A stretch of 64,000 nt of DNA from Thraustochytrium aureum (GCA_012862495.1 BLSG01000411.1:236411-300410), one strand, 5' to 3'; positions 11,401 through 22,900 are shown, counted from the first letter of the stretch. The notes: generated from the letters alone by a model not told the origin. Numbers and translations are program-made.

Positions 11401-12200
11401 CGTTCTGGGCTTTTGGGAACGGCGAGCTAATGCCGTCTGACCGTCTCGACGACACGTCGTTCGGGCAGGACGAGTCGGGCATGTCCGACGCACTGGCAGC
11501 CGCGAGGGCCTTTGTGAAAGCTATCCAAGACTCGGACCCTGTGGGGGTGACCCACAAGGCCATGCAGATCAGCGCGTTCCCTCAGTTTCTGCTGACAATA
11601 CTGAGTGCCTTGTATCTCTTGGGTGAGATCCTCGCGAGAGCTGGTGCAAAGGACATTTCGATTGTGCCTGTTGCGGGCTACCTTGTTGCGGCTGCACGAC
11701 GTGCGCGCACCATGTCTTTGGCGGCGCTCAAGTCCACGTGCCATCGTCGAACGACAAAAGTCCATATTGAAGACGTGGACGAGGCCAGCACGCTGAAGGC
11801 GGCGTCGCCGACCCCAGACGAGCAGCCTCAAGCGGACGTCAGCAAGAAGCAAGTGTTTGCTCAAGTCCTTCTTGACAAGTGGAACAGCCCCAACCCTCCG
11901 TACACAGACTACTTTGTGCGCCCTGCCGTCGGCTCGCGCAGTCTTACGGAAGCGCAGCGCGCGGCGGGTTGGGCGCGCTGCCGAAATCATCACGGGGAGC
12001 AGTTTGAGTACAGAGTGTGGGACAATGACGGCGTACTGAACTGCGTGCCGCATAAGAAGGGCGATTTGATGCGAACGTGGGAGATTGTGGCAACGCAAAA
12101 TGTTCACACATACCGGATGGGCGCCAATCCATTCTACCGTGACATTGCTGCGAGTTTGTTTTCTGTGCAGAGCCGTCTGGACTCTTCGTTCGCGTCATGA
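8469..12200 (+). CDS. OSCA/CSC1/TMEM63-like mechanosensitive Ca2+-permeable channel (start uncertain)
   Basis: Motifs TPSDFTIFVQDLP, AFVVFKHQES, AEEPTNVKWENIG, ERHETMT, YSASMPLLLP, YWFDKVALLRRYRKPPAYD; about 10 TM helices; large Cys-rich extracellular insert. No in-frame ATG until ~8843; ATG 8518 is in another frame. Confidence 0.85.
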   Translation: MPAARRYASARKIPRGDGRGRAWASRRKPRRARRCGPSWARSNEQGDTSRTSYACQHEAVRSGAAKDSWRHSGDSDSEFEVVQDEKKVAQDDDSGWRAPDPQVAQAERLKSVFKGGKAPLWETGPMDFAELGTGVTLYFVLLRSLAVLFAVQSLVSSFPLWVFSTGGAIGYNGVDMLRVSRTTLGNFHAYDTAQLLTNVELVLGNSTSNGAGGPVGTANATDPRTISYVVSGLDVLNTLIFVAYLIWIRRAVERTSQIADIRFVTPSDFTIFVQDLPARATVQEVRDHFSKLYQLDKPDWGWKGAWGIGSKQPRPPAQRKISLSKVRDLPAASSLEPVKDCSNTGDMQYLGSWVCEVTMARASREVLVRCMSRRHIFEQIRETEALVEKYAAEGYANANAQKRAEERLERLEQDLEDLQDWLVEKLGRDGGGRAPKASAFVVFKHQESFERCVEDYVTRRWWFQNQPVPLQLHGHYPIRVSVAEEPTNVKWENIGVSKAEAQTWRLLSLVATIVVLFGAFVVVYACQVYFQALKESLPDTRMCKTDLPALFAGSYRLDEPRSQWPERDPFLDELCPAEGMIWLTYPGAHSETFRLAGAAQRVSMTAQDPCISPCIYDPTTVRSVTKKIGRNPTECYTLGVLQGCPSVESPPQAADEAAMCSADARATNAAAATAKLRDAGIADMHRLKAIAQAIGTVHCCAAFELETTMAACYCAQELSRIIDEEGVVQALRSVFELSGDSMCAKHNQNQAMAQVVVIAPAALVILVNIVIRVLIRRLAEHERHETMTRQELSITTKVFSAQFLTTSVVILILNGALPSSSSAAAGERSVVFNGQYDDFSRAWYVVVGQIVLLTMIANVVIPHVSFLFRTVVRQRVYEAIARRRCVTQEALNRAYAGPQFLTTMRYALMLKTVFVSLMYSASMPLLLPIAALFFSVAYWFDKVALLRRYRKPPAYDDSFARLAIRALPAALLAHCAFAFWAFGNGELMPSDRLDDTSFGQDESGMSDALAAARAFVKAIQDSDPVGVTHKAMQISAFPQFLLTILSALYLLGEILARAGAKDISIVPVAGYLVAAARRARTMSLAALKSTCHRRTTKVHIEDVDEASTLKAASPTPDEQPQADVSKKQVFAQVLLDKWNSPNPPYTDYFVRPAVGSRSLTEAQRAAGWARCRNHHGEQFEYRVWDNDGVLNCVPHKKGDLMRTWEIVATQNVHTYRMGANPFYRDIAASLFSVQSRLDSSFAS

Positions 12201-13302
12201 AAAGGTAAGGGCGAAGCCAACGCCCAATTGCCAACGCCACTTGCCAGGGACCGGGCTGGTAAATGACGCAGTGCGCTCGAAGAAACCAAAAAAGCCCAAG
12301 CCAGCCAGCCCGCAGAGCGCAAGCCCACAGAGCGCAAGCCAGCCAGCCAGCCAGCAAAAGCGCCTTCCAGCAAGCCCGCAGAGCGCAATCCAGGCCGCCA
12401 ATGACGCAGGTTGTGCTCGGCCTCCGCGCGCTACTAACCTCAGAGTCATCACAACATCGGAATGTGAGCATTTTCCCGATTTCGAGGTTGACACAATTCC
12501 TCACGTGCAGACGCGATCGACCTAGTACTCGGACTTCAAAGAGCCCGTCGTTAGAGCTCGATGTGGCGCAAGTCTCGGACATCCAGGTATCGCGAAGCAC
12601 TCGATCAACCAAACGTCAATGATGCCTCATTTTTTCTTTTGATCTTTTTTGAAATCTTGAATTTCTTTCTTGATCAAGAGACGAACAGAACAGAAACAGA
12701 ATTGCCGAAGAACGTGCGTGCCAGAACCACGCAAATTGATCCGTTGTACGTGTTGTGATCGGCCGTGCCCCACGGCCGACTCGTCGTTCAACACGGCGCC
12801 CTCCGCGAAGACTTGCTGCGCCCCTGGGCTATCGGCGTCTTGCGCTCTTTTATCTGCACAATCTGCTGGCTGCGTCGAGTCGGTTTGGAGCTAGCGGCCT
12901 GGATGCGATGCGCCAACCGAGCCGAGCGGCAGAGCCGGCAACTGTTGTCCGCCGTGCTTCTGCAGCGGAGCCGAGAGAGAGTGGTCGGCGGTGATCGGTA
13001 ACGGACCTCTACATGCAACATGCATACCGACTTGCCGAGCTCCGCGATCCTCAGCTTGTGCAAGCGCACGGCCCCGCTCCGGGCAAAGACAGAAGGGCGC
13101 GGCGGGACCGACCTGGCTGGCAACCTAGCGCAACGAAACCCCCAGGGAGTGCGTGAGAGTAGCCACGAGCGAGCGAGCGACTGACTGATTTGGCAGTGCG
13201 GCTGGTCCAAGCTCGGAGCAGCTGTCGCGCGGGCGCCTGGGTCGCGGCCAAACACGTCAGGGTGCGTGGCTACGACACCCAAGTCGCGCGCCCAGGTGAA
13301 GA

Positions 13303-15041
13303 ATGGGGGCTGGCGCGTCGACGAAAAGCGGCAAGGGCGAAGCAGAGGTCGCCGCAATGCATCGGCAACTCATGCTTGAGCTTGAAGCAGAGGCGGGCAA
13401 ACCGAATGGCCTGGACGACGTGGAGGACTGCCGGGCCGAGGTCCTGCGAGTCCGTGGGTGGCTCAAGTCTGTTTCGCAGCAAATTCGCGAAGCCGGCTTG
13501 GACTCCGACGCAGGCTTGAAAGCGGTGAAGCGCGGCTACTCGAGCTCGTCACAGGACGACGAAAAGATAGAGCACTTGGAAGACGGGACGGTCATCTTGA
13601 CTCGGGCCGACGGATACCGCATGCAAACAGACCCAGACGGTCTCGTGATTGAGAGCTTTCCAGATGGCCGAAAACTGCACACCTACAAGAGCGGCAAGAC
13701 GCAAGAGACATTCGTGGACGGGACCAAAATCACCAAGACCGAAGACGGGAAGATGGTCGTCAAAAGACCTGACGGGTCCAAGCTGCAGCGCAACCCAGAC
13801 AACACAACAATCGAGGTCACCAAAGAGGGCACGATGATACAGTACAACCCGCAGACGAAAATCAAAATCATCGTCGACCCCGACGGGACGCAAACCCAAA
13901 CAAACGAGGCGGACGGATCGATGATACAGGTCTTTCCGGACGGTAAGTACGAGAGTGGCAGGTTGACCTTTGAAATAATCTGGTCTGACGGTGCCGCACT
14001 TCGCCGCCGGCGGTGCGCACGCAGGAACGAAAATCGACACGGACTCGAGCGGGTGCCGGATCGTGAAATATGTTGACGGTAGGAAGGTGCAGCGAAACCC
14101 GAACGGCACGGTGATCGAGAGTTGGCCAGACGGACACAAGATCCAGACCAAGGTTGACGGCTCTCGGTACGTTTTCGCTGATTTTGTTCGCTTTCCGCGC
14201 CGCCACCGCTGCGCGCGCTACGTTGCAACGTGGCAGCTCTCCCGCCCGCACGGGCATTTGCTAACAGTGCACATTTGGATTCACGCGCAGTATTGAGGTG
14301 TTCCCTGACGGCCGCAAGGTGCAGACTCTCGTCGACGGTTCTGTGGTCGAGCAACTAAAGGACGGAACCCAGATTCGCAGCATGCTGGGGTCCTTTTTGT
14401 GCGTGCAATGCTGGCGGTGCCAGACCATCATGTCCGTGCAGCGCTCGTCATTTGTCGTCAGCTGCCGGGTGTGCCGCAACGTGCTATTGGCGCACAAAGC
14501 ACAAGTTGTCGGCGCCAAAGAAGGCTCAACTCTCAGCTCGACTGTCTCCAAGTCGGCTGCGGAGGTCGAGCAAGACATTCGCGACATTTTCGACAGATAC
14601 GACGTCAACCATTCAAGCTCGATTGATCGCAAGGAGCTCGGCGTGATGCTGGCAGAGTTGCAGTTTCCTCCCGAGGCCTTTGACTCGCTCTTCGCCAATC
14701 ATGACACGAACAACAACGACGAATTGGAGTGGGAGGAGTTTGTCGCCTTTTACGCGCAGATGCAAAAACACATCACAGATACCGCCCAAGCGCCTGTACT
14801 AGCGCTCACGCAAGAGCTACTTCAAGAGCAGCAGGCCGCGCTTCAAAAAGCTCTCGAAGAGGAGAGCGCTTCAGGGCACGCCAGCACGCAGCTCGTGCAA
14901 AAGCTCAAGGAGGAGTACGAGACCAAGACGGCACAGCTTCGACAGGCCCAAGAGGCCAAGCGGTTGCGGCAGAAGCGCTTCCTCGAAAAGAGGTTGCAGG
15001 AGCGGCAGCAACGACAAAACACTGACCGCCTGGTCGAGTAG
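13303..15041 (+). CDS. Spliced gene: N-myristoylation motif, TCP10/CENPJ-like (x)PDG beta-hairpin repeats, CxxC-CxxC zinc ribbon, two EF-hands, coiled coil. Exons 13303-13942, 14025-14166, 14291-15041
   Basis: Introns 13943-14024 (GTAAGT...CTGAC...GCAG) and 14167-14290 (GTACGT...CTAAC...GCAG) join three track ORFs in frame (FPDG|TKIDT and DGSR|IEVFPDG). EF loops DVNHSSSIDRKEL and DTNNNDELEWEEF. Confidence 0.85.
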
Positions 15042-15245
15042 GTCCCACTGCTCTAGAGCCAGCTACAGAAGTCCGCACTTGTGGGATGCTACGCACGGTG
15101 GGGTGTGGAGCGCCCGGCGGGGGTCTTCGATCGAGGCGACCAAACTCGACCATGGATTTCCCAAGCGTATTTTACACACTTACTGTACTCGTGTAACTCG
15201 TAGCAAGAAACCAAACCGCAAAAGCAACGCCCGATTTGTGCGTCC

Positions 15246-16400
15246 TCACGGCTCCCAGCCTTGGGTCTCAACATGGCTGGAGGTGGCGCCTGGGGCGCTG
15301 CTGAGGGCTGCGAACCTGGCGCCTCGCGGCTTTCGCGCCACCAAGTTGCTGATGCTGCGATGGGAGTACTGCTGGATGCTCCCAAGTAAGTAAATCATGA
15401 TGACGGCAAAGATGAAAGAAACGACAGTCGGAATAGCCAGCCCACCTGGTGTGGCGAAATCTCTCCAACCCCCTTCCGTCAGAATGAAGAGTGTCGGAAA
15501 GGCGACGCCCGTAAGAACGATCAACACCAGGCTGATAGTCACGCGCTTGCTGCAAAGCCGGATCGCGCGAATCGCGGCCTCCAACTCGCGGTTCATGGTG
15601 CTGTCAGCATTCTGAGCGGAGCCCGCCGCTGCGGCCAGCGATGTGCGCGCTGGTTTGTTTTCCAAATTCTCCATGCCCTGCCGCAGCAGCGGAACCAGTG
15701 ACCTCCGGCCGTACGCATAAGTAATCACCAAAGCCACCAGGAATGGCGTAGCCACAACCACCATGTACTCGTTGGCCTCGAGGAAAACCATGATCGTCAT
15801 CGCAAGCGCGAAAAGGCCCTGGAAGGTGTAAATCGTGGTGCGAAAACGGCGAAAGTAATACAGCCTCGAGGTGGAGAGTCGCCGTATACTGTGCGCCGAC
15901 TCGATCCACATCACCGAGACGGTCGTCGCCGCGCACATACTGAAGGTTTGCGTCGCTGCAATGACCGCCTTTGTTATTGGCTCAAAGGTGGAGCTCCGGT
16001 CCTGCCCGGTTGCCCCGCCCGCCCGCGTGAACCAGTCCAGGTGGGTCTGCTCTATCGCGTAGCTTACCTCCCACAGGCACAGGAAGAGGAGGGCGAGGAG
16101 CGTTTGCGCGAGAGTTACTGTTGAGGCATCCAGCCTCAACTTGTACCTGATGGCTTGCACCGCGTCGATTGAAGCTGAAGCGAGCAAGCAGAGCGTGGCA
16201 AGCCCGTTGATCACCAGCGTTATGTAAAAGATGTACGCAGTTACCGTGGTTGGTCTACAGTCGCCTAGCGCGCTGGGCGCGTATCCGTGCCATGTGTTGC
16301 AGACGCACAGCGAGGCGTTGGCCGGCTGAGTCGCCGCCCACGTGGTGTTGACGTAGCACAGCTCGTGCGGCGTGCAATCAAAGTCGTTCATGCAAGTCAT
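15246..16400 (-). CDS. 7-TM GPCR-like membrane protein with N-terminal EGF-like Cys cluster
   Basis: Seven hydrophobic segments with a long loop between TM5 and TM6. N-terminal CMNDFDC...C...CVC...GY...C pattern. Confidence 0.7.
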   Translation of the reverse strand: MTCMNDFDCTPHELCYVNTTWAATQPANASLCVCNTWHGYAPSALGDCRPTTVTAYIFYITLVINGLATLCLLASASIDAVQAIRYKLRLDASTVTLAQTLLALLFLCLWEVSYAIEQTHLDWFTRAGGATGQDRSSTFEPITKAVIAATQTFSMCAATTVSVMWIESAHSIRRLSTSRLYYFRRFRTTIYTFQGLFALAMTIMVFLEANEYMVVVATPFLVALVITYAYGRRSLVPLLRQGMENLENKPARTSLAAAAGSAQNADSTMNRELEAAIRAIRLCSKRVTISLVLIVLTGVAFPTLFILTEGGWRDFATPGGLAIPTVVSFIFAVIMIYLLGSIQQYSHRSISNLVARKPRGARFAALSSAPGATSSHVETQGWEP

Positions 16401-17079
16401 CTTGCGCGTCTCCAGGTGGTGCAGGTCTGCTCAGGGTCTGCGACTGGGAGCTCTGCGACTGGGAACTGCAAGGGGGCTCCAAGCGAACACGGGGTGGCTG
16501 CTGCGCTGCCCTGCGGCACACTTGTAACTGTGCCCAACCAGCGTGCTCACCACAAATCCAACTGGTTTGTACCTATGCCAGTAGTGAGTAGAGTACCACA
16601 AATCCAACTGGTTTGTATGGGTCTGTTCGGATTGTGAGCAGCGCCAGCGCGTGGCTTCGTCAGCGCGGCGGGCGGGCCGTCGTTCGCGGGCAGCAGGTAG
16701 CTCAAGCTTGAGCTTGCACCGCCTTGCATGCATGTCCGAGTCGGTCTGCTTTGCGTGCATCAAGGACAAGTCCAGTCTCCAGGTCCATCGCTCCAGCAAC
16801 GATTGCTCTTGCCCGGAGTGCCACTGACAGCTGCTTCTCCGCTTGCTCTTGGCGGCGAGATTTTGAACTGGCGTGGCACACGACAAGAAATGGCGGGACA
16901 ACTGCTACGACCCTGTGCGCTTCTATGAAAAATTATCTTATGAAAATATTTCAGGGAGAGTTCAAAGCGTTTAGGTGCACACTAGAAGTTGCCGTCCCTG
17001 AGTGACTTTTCAAACCGTCGACTTTGCGGTCACCGCTTGCGACACCGACGAGCAGCAATGTGGTAACCAGATCAGGGCG

Positions 17080-17805
17080 CTAGTCCACGTCCACGCCGTT
17101 GACCATGACGTGGATAAAGTCATCCAGTGAGAGCTTGCCAGTGCCGTCGCTGCAGACCTCTTGCACCATCTCGTCCAGCTCAAAGTCGCGAAGGACCTCG
17201 CCCATGTTTCCCAGCACCTTGCCGAGCTCCTGCGCGGTGATAAACCCGTCGTTGTCAAGGTCAAATATCTTGAACGCGTTCGCTGCGGCCGCGACGTCAG
17301 CCTGCACTGCAACAAACTCTGCAATGCTTGCAGCGCTCAAAGGGCAAGAGCGCAACCACAACTTACACCAGTCCTCCCGCGTGAACTCTTTGCTGATCTT
17401 GGTTTCTGCGTTGGCGGCCATCTGGGTCTGCATAATTTCCAAAAACTCGTCAAAGTCGATTTCCCCAGACCCGTCCCGGTCCACCTCGCTAAACATACGC
17501 CGAACCTCGGCATCGGAGGCATCCTGCCCCAGACACCGCATGACGTGTGCGAGCTCGTGCACCGACACGCCGCCGTCGCCGTCCTTGTCAAAAATATTGT
17601 ACGCGTCTCGAAAGTGCTCGACCTGTTGCGGCGTCAGCGTAATCTTCGCCTTGGGCTTGCCGCTCCTCTCCTCCTCCTCCTGGAACCGCGTCTGTTCGGC
17701 CTCCTCTTCGATCTCTTTGAGCATCGTCAGGGCAGCGTCGTCGTACCCGGCGAACGGGTCGCGGGACACGGCCGGCGAGGAGAAGTCCCCGTCATCGGCC
17801 ATCAT
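17080..17805 (-). CDS. Calmodulin/centrin-like four EF-hand protein with acidic N-terminal extension
   Basis: EF loops DKDGDGGVSVHEL, DRDGSGEIDFDEF, DLDNDGFITAQEL, CSDGTGKLSLDDF. A small in-frame intron is possible near 17300-17368 (GTAAGT on the minus strand). Confidence 0.88.
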   Translation of the reverse strand: MMADDGDFSSPAVSRDPFAGYDDAALTMLKEIEEEAEQTRFQEEEERSGKPKAKITLTPQQVEHFRDAYNIFDKDGDGGVSVHELAHVMRCLGQDASDAEVRRMFSEVDRDGSGEIDFDEFLEIMQTQMAANAETKISKEFTREDWCKLWLRSCPLSAASIAEFVAVQADVAAAANAFKIFDLDNDGFITAQELGKVLGNMGEVLRDFELDEMVQEVCSDGTGKLSLDDFIHVMVNGVDVD

Positions 17806-17812
17806 GGCACGC

Positions 17813-17878
17813 CACCAGCAGCAGCAGCACCACCAGCACCACCACCAGCACCAGCACCACCACCAGCAGCAGCAGAAG
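17813..17878. repeat. CAG/CAC trinucleotide microsatellite
   Basis: Directly visible just upstream of the EF-hand gene. Confidence 0.9.
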
Positions 17879-18115
17879 CGCACGCCACCTGAGCCGAGCT
17901 AGCCACGAGGCGCAGGCCGGCGCAAGTCCAGGCCGTGCATTGCAGCCAGACGGCGAGCTCCACCGCGGAGAGCAGCGCAGCTCCTCGAGCATGTCAACGG
18001 CCAAAAACCCGGCCATCTTGCCAGGTCACGACGGCAATGGCGGTCGCGCTCGACGATCCCTCGGCCTTCGGACGCGCGCGGGAGTAGGTCCGAGGCTTCG
18101 GGCGCGGGCAGGGCA

Positions 18116-19822
18116 ATGGAGGACCTCCTGAGCGTTTCCACGGCGTCGCTGCGTGCCCATCCAGCCCGGCAGGCGCCATGTGCACCCGGGCGCACCAGCG
18201 TCCAGACCCCGCAGGCCGCATCCCTCGCTTGCGCGCCACGGAGCGCGGCCGCACTGGGCGCGAGGAAGGACGGCAGCAACGCGAGGCAGCTTGCGAATGG
18301 CCGGGTGCGGCCCGGGGCGAGGCCGAAACGCGCCGGACGTCGCGTCGAAGAGGCGGCTCCCGAGCAAAGGCGACACGAGCAGGAAGGAAACCAGGAACTT
18401 GCGTCGGCCGCGCAGCTGGCCGGCCGGACGCGGCACGGCGCAGCCCAAGCGCCGGGGTTGCGGTACTACATCCAGAATGGAAACAACGCCGGTCTCATTC
18501 GGCAGCAATTCAAACAGCGCACGGCATGGGCAGCTGCGCTGCGGCCGTGGGAGGTTTCCGCGATGAACGATGGCAAAGGCCTCAAACGTCTCGACGAGCT
18601 CGGCGACGGCTCAACAGACTTTATCTGGTGCCAGTACGAGAGCCAGCTTGGAAAGTTTGCGGCTTTTTCAAAGTCGAGGCGGTCCGCCCGCTCGCGGCGG
18701 GCAGCGCCGGTCGTGCTCAACCACTTCGAGAACGGCCGGGTCCTTGTCCACAAACGCGCCCTTGCGGAAACGCTTGCCATGGCTGGCAAGGCGCATTGGG
18801 CACCGTGGACGCGGGTCCTTTGCACCGCCCAGGACGGCAGCGGGCCTGCCATCGAGGAGCTGCTCGAGGCCAACGACCAGCCAGATCGGGTGTACATCGT
18901 CAAGCCCGGCGAGGGCACAAATCGCGGAGTCGGGATCCGCGTCGTGCGCGGCGCGGAGGAGGCCTATGCTGCGATCTGCGCAAGTAGACGTGTCTCCAAG
19001 CAAGCAGCCGAGCCAACGCACCCTCGCACGCAGTCGTGGGTCGTGCAAGAGTACCTCGAGCGGCCGTTGCTCGTGCATGGGAGAAAGTTTGATATTCGCT
19101 GCTACGCCTTGTTGGTGTACATGGGCGGCGATGAGGCCGGCGTGGGGGGGCGTTCCAGCGGTCAAGAGGAGTTTCGCGAAACTGCACATGACGCCGAGCT
19201 CCGGTCCCCGCCAGGGGGCGCGAACAACCAGGAAGCTGACCGAGGCTCCGAGCAGGGGTTCAAGGGCTTTTTGCACAAGCAGGCCTACTTGCGGACGTCT
19301 TCACGGCCCTATTCGCTACGGGACTTGTCCGATAGAACGGTGCACCTCACCAACGACGCGGTGCAGAAGCATTCAAAGGGCTACGGCGAGCACGAGCTGG
19401 GGAACAAGCTGAGCCTTGACGAGTTTGCGGCGGTTCTCGAGGCCTGCGAGGGCGCCGGAGCCGGCGGCTGGGTTCGTGGCGCAGGTTGGCAAGCCATCCG
19501 CACAGCTTGCGCAGACACGCTGCGCGCTGGCGTACAAGCAGGCATCAACCCGGACAAAAGGCCTGGCTGCTTTGAGCTGTTCGGACTTGACTTCATGGTG
19601 GAGACTGTTGCGGGCGGCGAAAAGCGCGTGCGTCTCATCGAAGTGAACGACAACCCCTGCCTCGAGCAGGTCTGCCCTCTCCTCGCTGTTATGATCCCGA
19701 AAGTGATTGGCGACTGCTTTGACATTGTGCTGGACCACGGCTTCTTTAGGCCCGCAACGGCGTCTGGGCCTGGGCCTGGCCCCGAAATGAGCGCCGGGAA
19801 CGAGTTCGAGCGCGTGCTCTAG
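18116..19822 (+). CDS. Tubulin-tyrosine ligase-like (TTLL) family enzyme, tubulin glycylase/glutamylase class
   Basis: NHFEN, YIVKPGEGTNRGVGI, VVQEYLERPLLVHGRKFDIR, YLRTSS, HLTNDAVQK, FELFGLDFMV, LIEVNDNP. Start codon uncertain. Confidence 0.92.
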   Translation: MEDLLSVSTASLRAHPARQAPCAPGRTSVQTPQAASLACAPRSAAALGARKDGSNARQLANGRVRPGARPKRAGRRVEEAAPEQRRHEQEGNQELASAAQLAGRTRHGAAQAPGLRYYIQNGNNAGLIRQQFKQRTAWAAALRPWEVSAMNDGKGLKRLDELGDGSTDFIWCQYESQLGKFAAFSKSRRSARSRRAAPVVLNHFENGRVLVHKRALAETLAMAGKAHWAPWTRVLCTAQDGSGPAIEELLEANDQPDRVYIVKPGEGTNRGVGIRVVRGAEEAYAAICASRRVSKQAAEPTHPRTQSWVVQEYLERPLLVHGRKFDIRCYALLVYMGGDEAGVGGRSSGQEEFRETAHDAELRSPPGGANNQEADRGSEQGFKGFLHKQAYLRTSSRPYSLRDLSDRTVHLTNDAVQKHSKGYGEHELGNKLSLDEFAAVLEACEGAGAGGWVRGAGWQAIRTACADTLRAGVQAGINPDKRPGCFELFGLDFMVETVAGGEKRVRLIEVNDNPCLEQVCPLLAVMIPKVIGDCFDIVLDHGFFRPATASGPGPGPEMSAGNEFERVL

Positions 19823-19941
19823 CTACATCGAATATGCACCACCGTCCGCGACGGCCTTGTCGACGACTAGAACGGGTGCTGACAGAAACAGAAACAAACG
19901 GAATTGATTTTTACGAGGGGTGATCTTCAAGATCATTTCAA

Positions 19942-22900
19942 TCAAATAGAAATCCGCTCGGCGCTCGGCGCCTGGTGCGACCGCGCAGGCGGCGGCAGAC
20001 GGCTGACCGCTTGCACTTGATAGCCTGAGACTCCCAGTTGCAGAGAGCCTTCTTCAGAGAAGCTCGGCGAAAACGCCAAGCTCGAAGCGCTGCTGCCTTG
20101 GGAGCTCACTGGCGAGGGCGTCGTGAAGAGGACTTTGCGCACTTGGACGAGACCCATTTGATTGAGGAAGCGCAGGTGCTTGGCCACAGCGAAGCTGAAA
20201 AACCCGAGCGCGTTCTCGGTGTTGGGCCGCCCAGGCGGCAAGCCACGAATTGCCCGCAAGGACGCCTCGCGTTCTTCGATAGCGAGACGCGTAATGCTGT
20301 TGACAAAGTAGACGTTGAGCAGACCAAGGAGCGCGGCGCCAACGACGAGGACGAACCCGCCCGTGAGGTTGCCAGACATCGTGAAGCAGGTGCCCTCCGA
20401 CTCGTCCAGGACGCCAAACGGGACGAGCCAGTCCACGATGACCTTGTCAACGTCCACACAAAGTCGCCGCACTGCAAAGGACACAAAAGTACCGATCAAA
20501 CCGACAGACACTGCACAGGCCACGGCAAAGACCTCCAGCGCACAAGTTGCCGCAAGGCTCTGCACGCCGAAACACAGGAAGCGCATCTCGCGAAGGGTGA
20601 GCGGCAGAACCATCTCCAGCACCAGCAAGACTTGCTGGAGGACTGGAGCGACGATCACCGTCGCAAAGAAGACAAACTGAAGGAAGACCACGCCTATGAC
20701 CTGACTCGCCGACGCGTGGGGAATCGCGAGCGCCGTAGCAAAGTCAAAGATCGAGAACGAAACCCTCTCGCCGTCCTCTTTCAACAACCCAAGCGCAGCG
20801 CCGCCCAAACCACGGTACTGGAAGGTGACAATCTTGACAAAGAAGCCGCCAACGAGAAGCGCGATACAGACCAAAGAGCTGGCGACCCCGAAAAACTTTG
20901 CGCCAGAGATGCGCATCTGCAGCCGGTAGTCGGGGTGGGCGTGCGGCGGTTCAAAAACGTGCGCCCCAATCTTCTCTTTGCGACGGATAGCCACTGCCAC
21001 ACGACGGTCTTCGTGGCGATGCAGTGCATTCGTTGCAGTCGGGGAGGCCACCTTCCGGTGCAGGGCCGAGACAAGGATGCTGGCCACAATGGTCGCGCAA
21101 GCGCCAAGGAAGAACGCGTACAGCCCCCAGACAGGGACGAGGCCCACTCGCAAGTCCACGGCGCCGCTTGGAACAAAGGTGAAGGAGCTGCCAGCCTCTG
21201 GGAAAAGGACGCGCACGTCAAACGCGCCGATGAGCACCAGGACAAGGAACTGGTCCACGACGACCCACTTGCCGAAAAAGTCGAGCAGCGCCAGGAGATT
21301 GCCGCGCGTCTTGACGGGCAGGGCCCGAGGCGGGACGACCAGGCAAACAAGCAGCAGAAGCAGGCGCAAGAACGGCCAGGAGCCTGACATGAGCGCAACA
21401 AGCACGCCCACCCACGCGATGCCCGCGTTGAAGAGGTCGTTGATCGTGCGCGTCAGCGTGAGCTCAAAGATGTCGTCCAGGACCAGGTCCTTGTCGCTGC
21501 TTAGTGCCGAAACGGCCTCCACCCGGGCAGACACGCTCAGGTCGGCCCACAGGAAGAGGCCGAGGCTAAGCGCGATGAGAAGCAGAGACGCCAGTTTGAG
21601 ACCTTTCGCGCCTGGCGATGCGAGGAGGGAGCGCTCGTCAGGCGCCGCCCAAGACAGCACGTTGGCCTCGTTTTGCACCGGATCCTCGAACGGGTCGACT
21701 TTCTCGGCCGTCACGGTGCTGGTCGCGGCCTCCTTGATGCGCGACCTGCGCCGTGCGAAAGCGCCTACCGCTACAAGTGCGCCAGTTGCGCCGAGGAGCG
21801 CGATGCCATTGACAATGAGGACCGAAAGCACGCCAGCGTCTTCAATGCGAGCATTCGGTGCGGGTTCAGGCAGGCCTCCAGTGCACTCTGCTCCGGCTCT
21901 GAAAAGGCCGTCGTTGATAGCGCGCTTGGCGTCGCCAGAGCCAGCGGTTTTAGCTACGACTGGCACGCCCGCCTCGAGGGCAATGAGCAGCGAGTCTGCA
22001 ATCTCCTTCTCCTGGTTCGGGTCGAGGTTGCACGATGAGCAGTCGAAGGCCAAACCAGTGACGTTGACGACCAGATCCTTGATGCCGAGACCCATGTTCG
22101 GCCCGTCGTAGTCGAGCGTGCTTGCCAGGCAGGACGCGCTGACCAGATTGCCGAGCGGCAAACGCATGAGGCTGTCGAGGAGCACGCTGATCTGGAGCGT
22201 TGTCTCCAGCTCGAGGTTGGACAGGTCCACCGAGAGCGTGCCCTGCTCGTCGTAGTCAAGCTCGCCAGACCCCTTGAGCGCAGCAACAGCTGAAACACGA
22301 AGCGTCCTTCCGGCCTTGCCGAATGCGAGCTTGTTGTGTGTTGTCGTGGAAGGGTCGTCACCGGTGGGTTGAAGAAGCACCGCGCTCTGGAACGAGTCGA
22401 CGTTCTCCAGGCGTAGACTGGAGACGTCAATCGTTACCGACGAGGCGCTGTCAACCTCTATGGCGAGGGAAAAGTTGGATTCAAATGCGATGACGCCTGG
22501 CTCCGTCCCGCCTAGCTCAGACAGCTCGCGAATGATCTTGTTGATGCCAACGTTGGGGTCGTCAGCGTCCGCGATGGTCTCGTCGAGCGCGGCACGCACC
22601 GCGTCCGCACTCTTCGAGGAGAAATCGACGAGCTCACCCTCGTTCGCGTACGGGGCGGTGCTCGGGCAGGCTTTGCTCGGCCCGGCCGCAACGCGGTCCG
22701 CAAGTTCTTGGTTGACCAGCTCCGTAATCAAGGGACCCATGCCCCGTGTCGCGTTCGGGAGAACAGCAGCAAACGAGTCTTGCCACAGCATTTGAACAAG
22801 GCTGTTCAGGTCGGCCTCGGCCGCGGCCATCCCAGGGTCTGCGAAGGAGCCGATGCTCAGCTCTGCTGGCTGGGCGAGGTCGAGGGCCAGCGTCGTGACG

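Noticed and set aside
16549..16617. Repeat-spacer-repeat as a CRISPR array
   Set aside because: Only two repeats, no cas genes, and a eukaryotic context.
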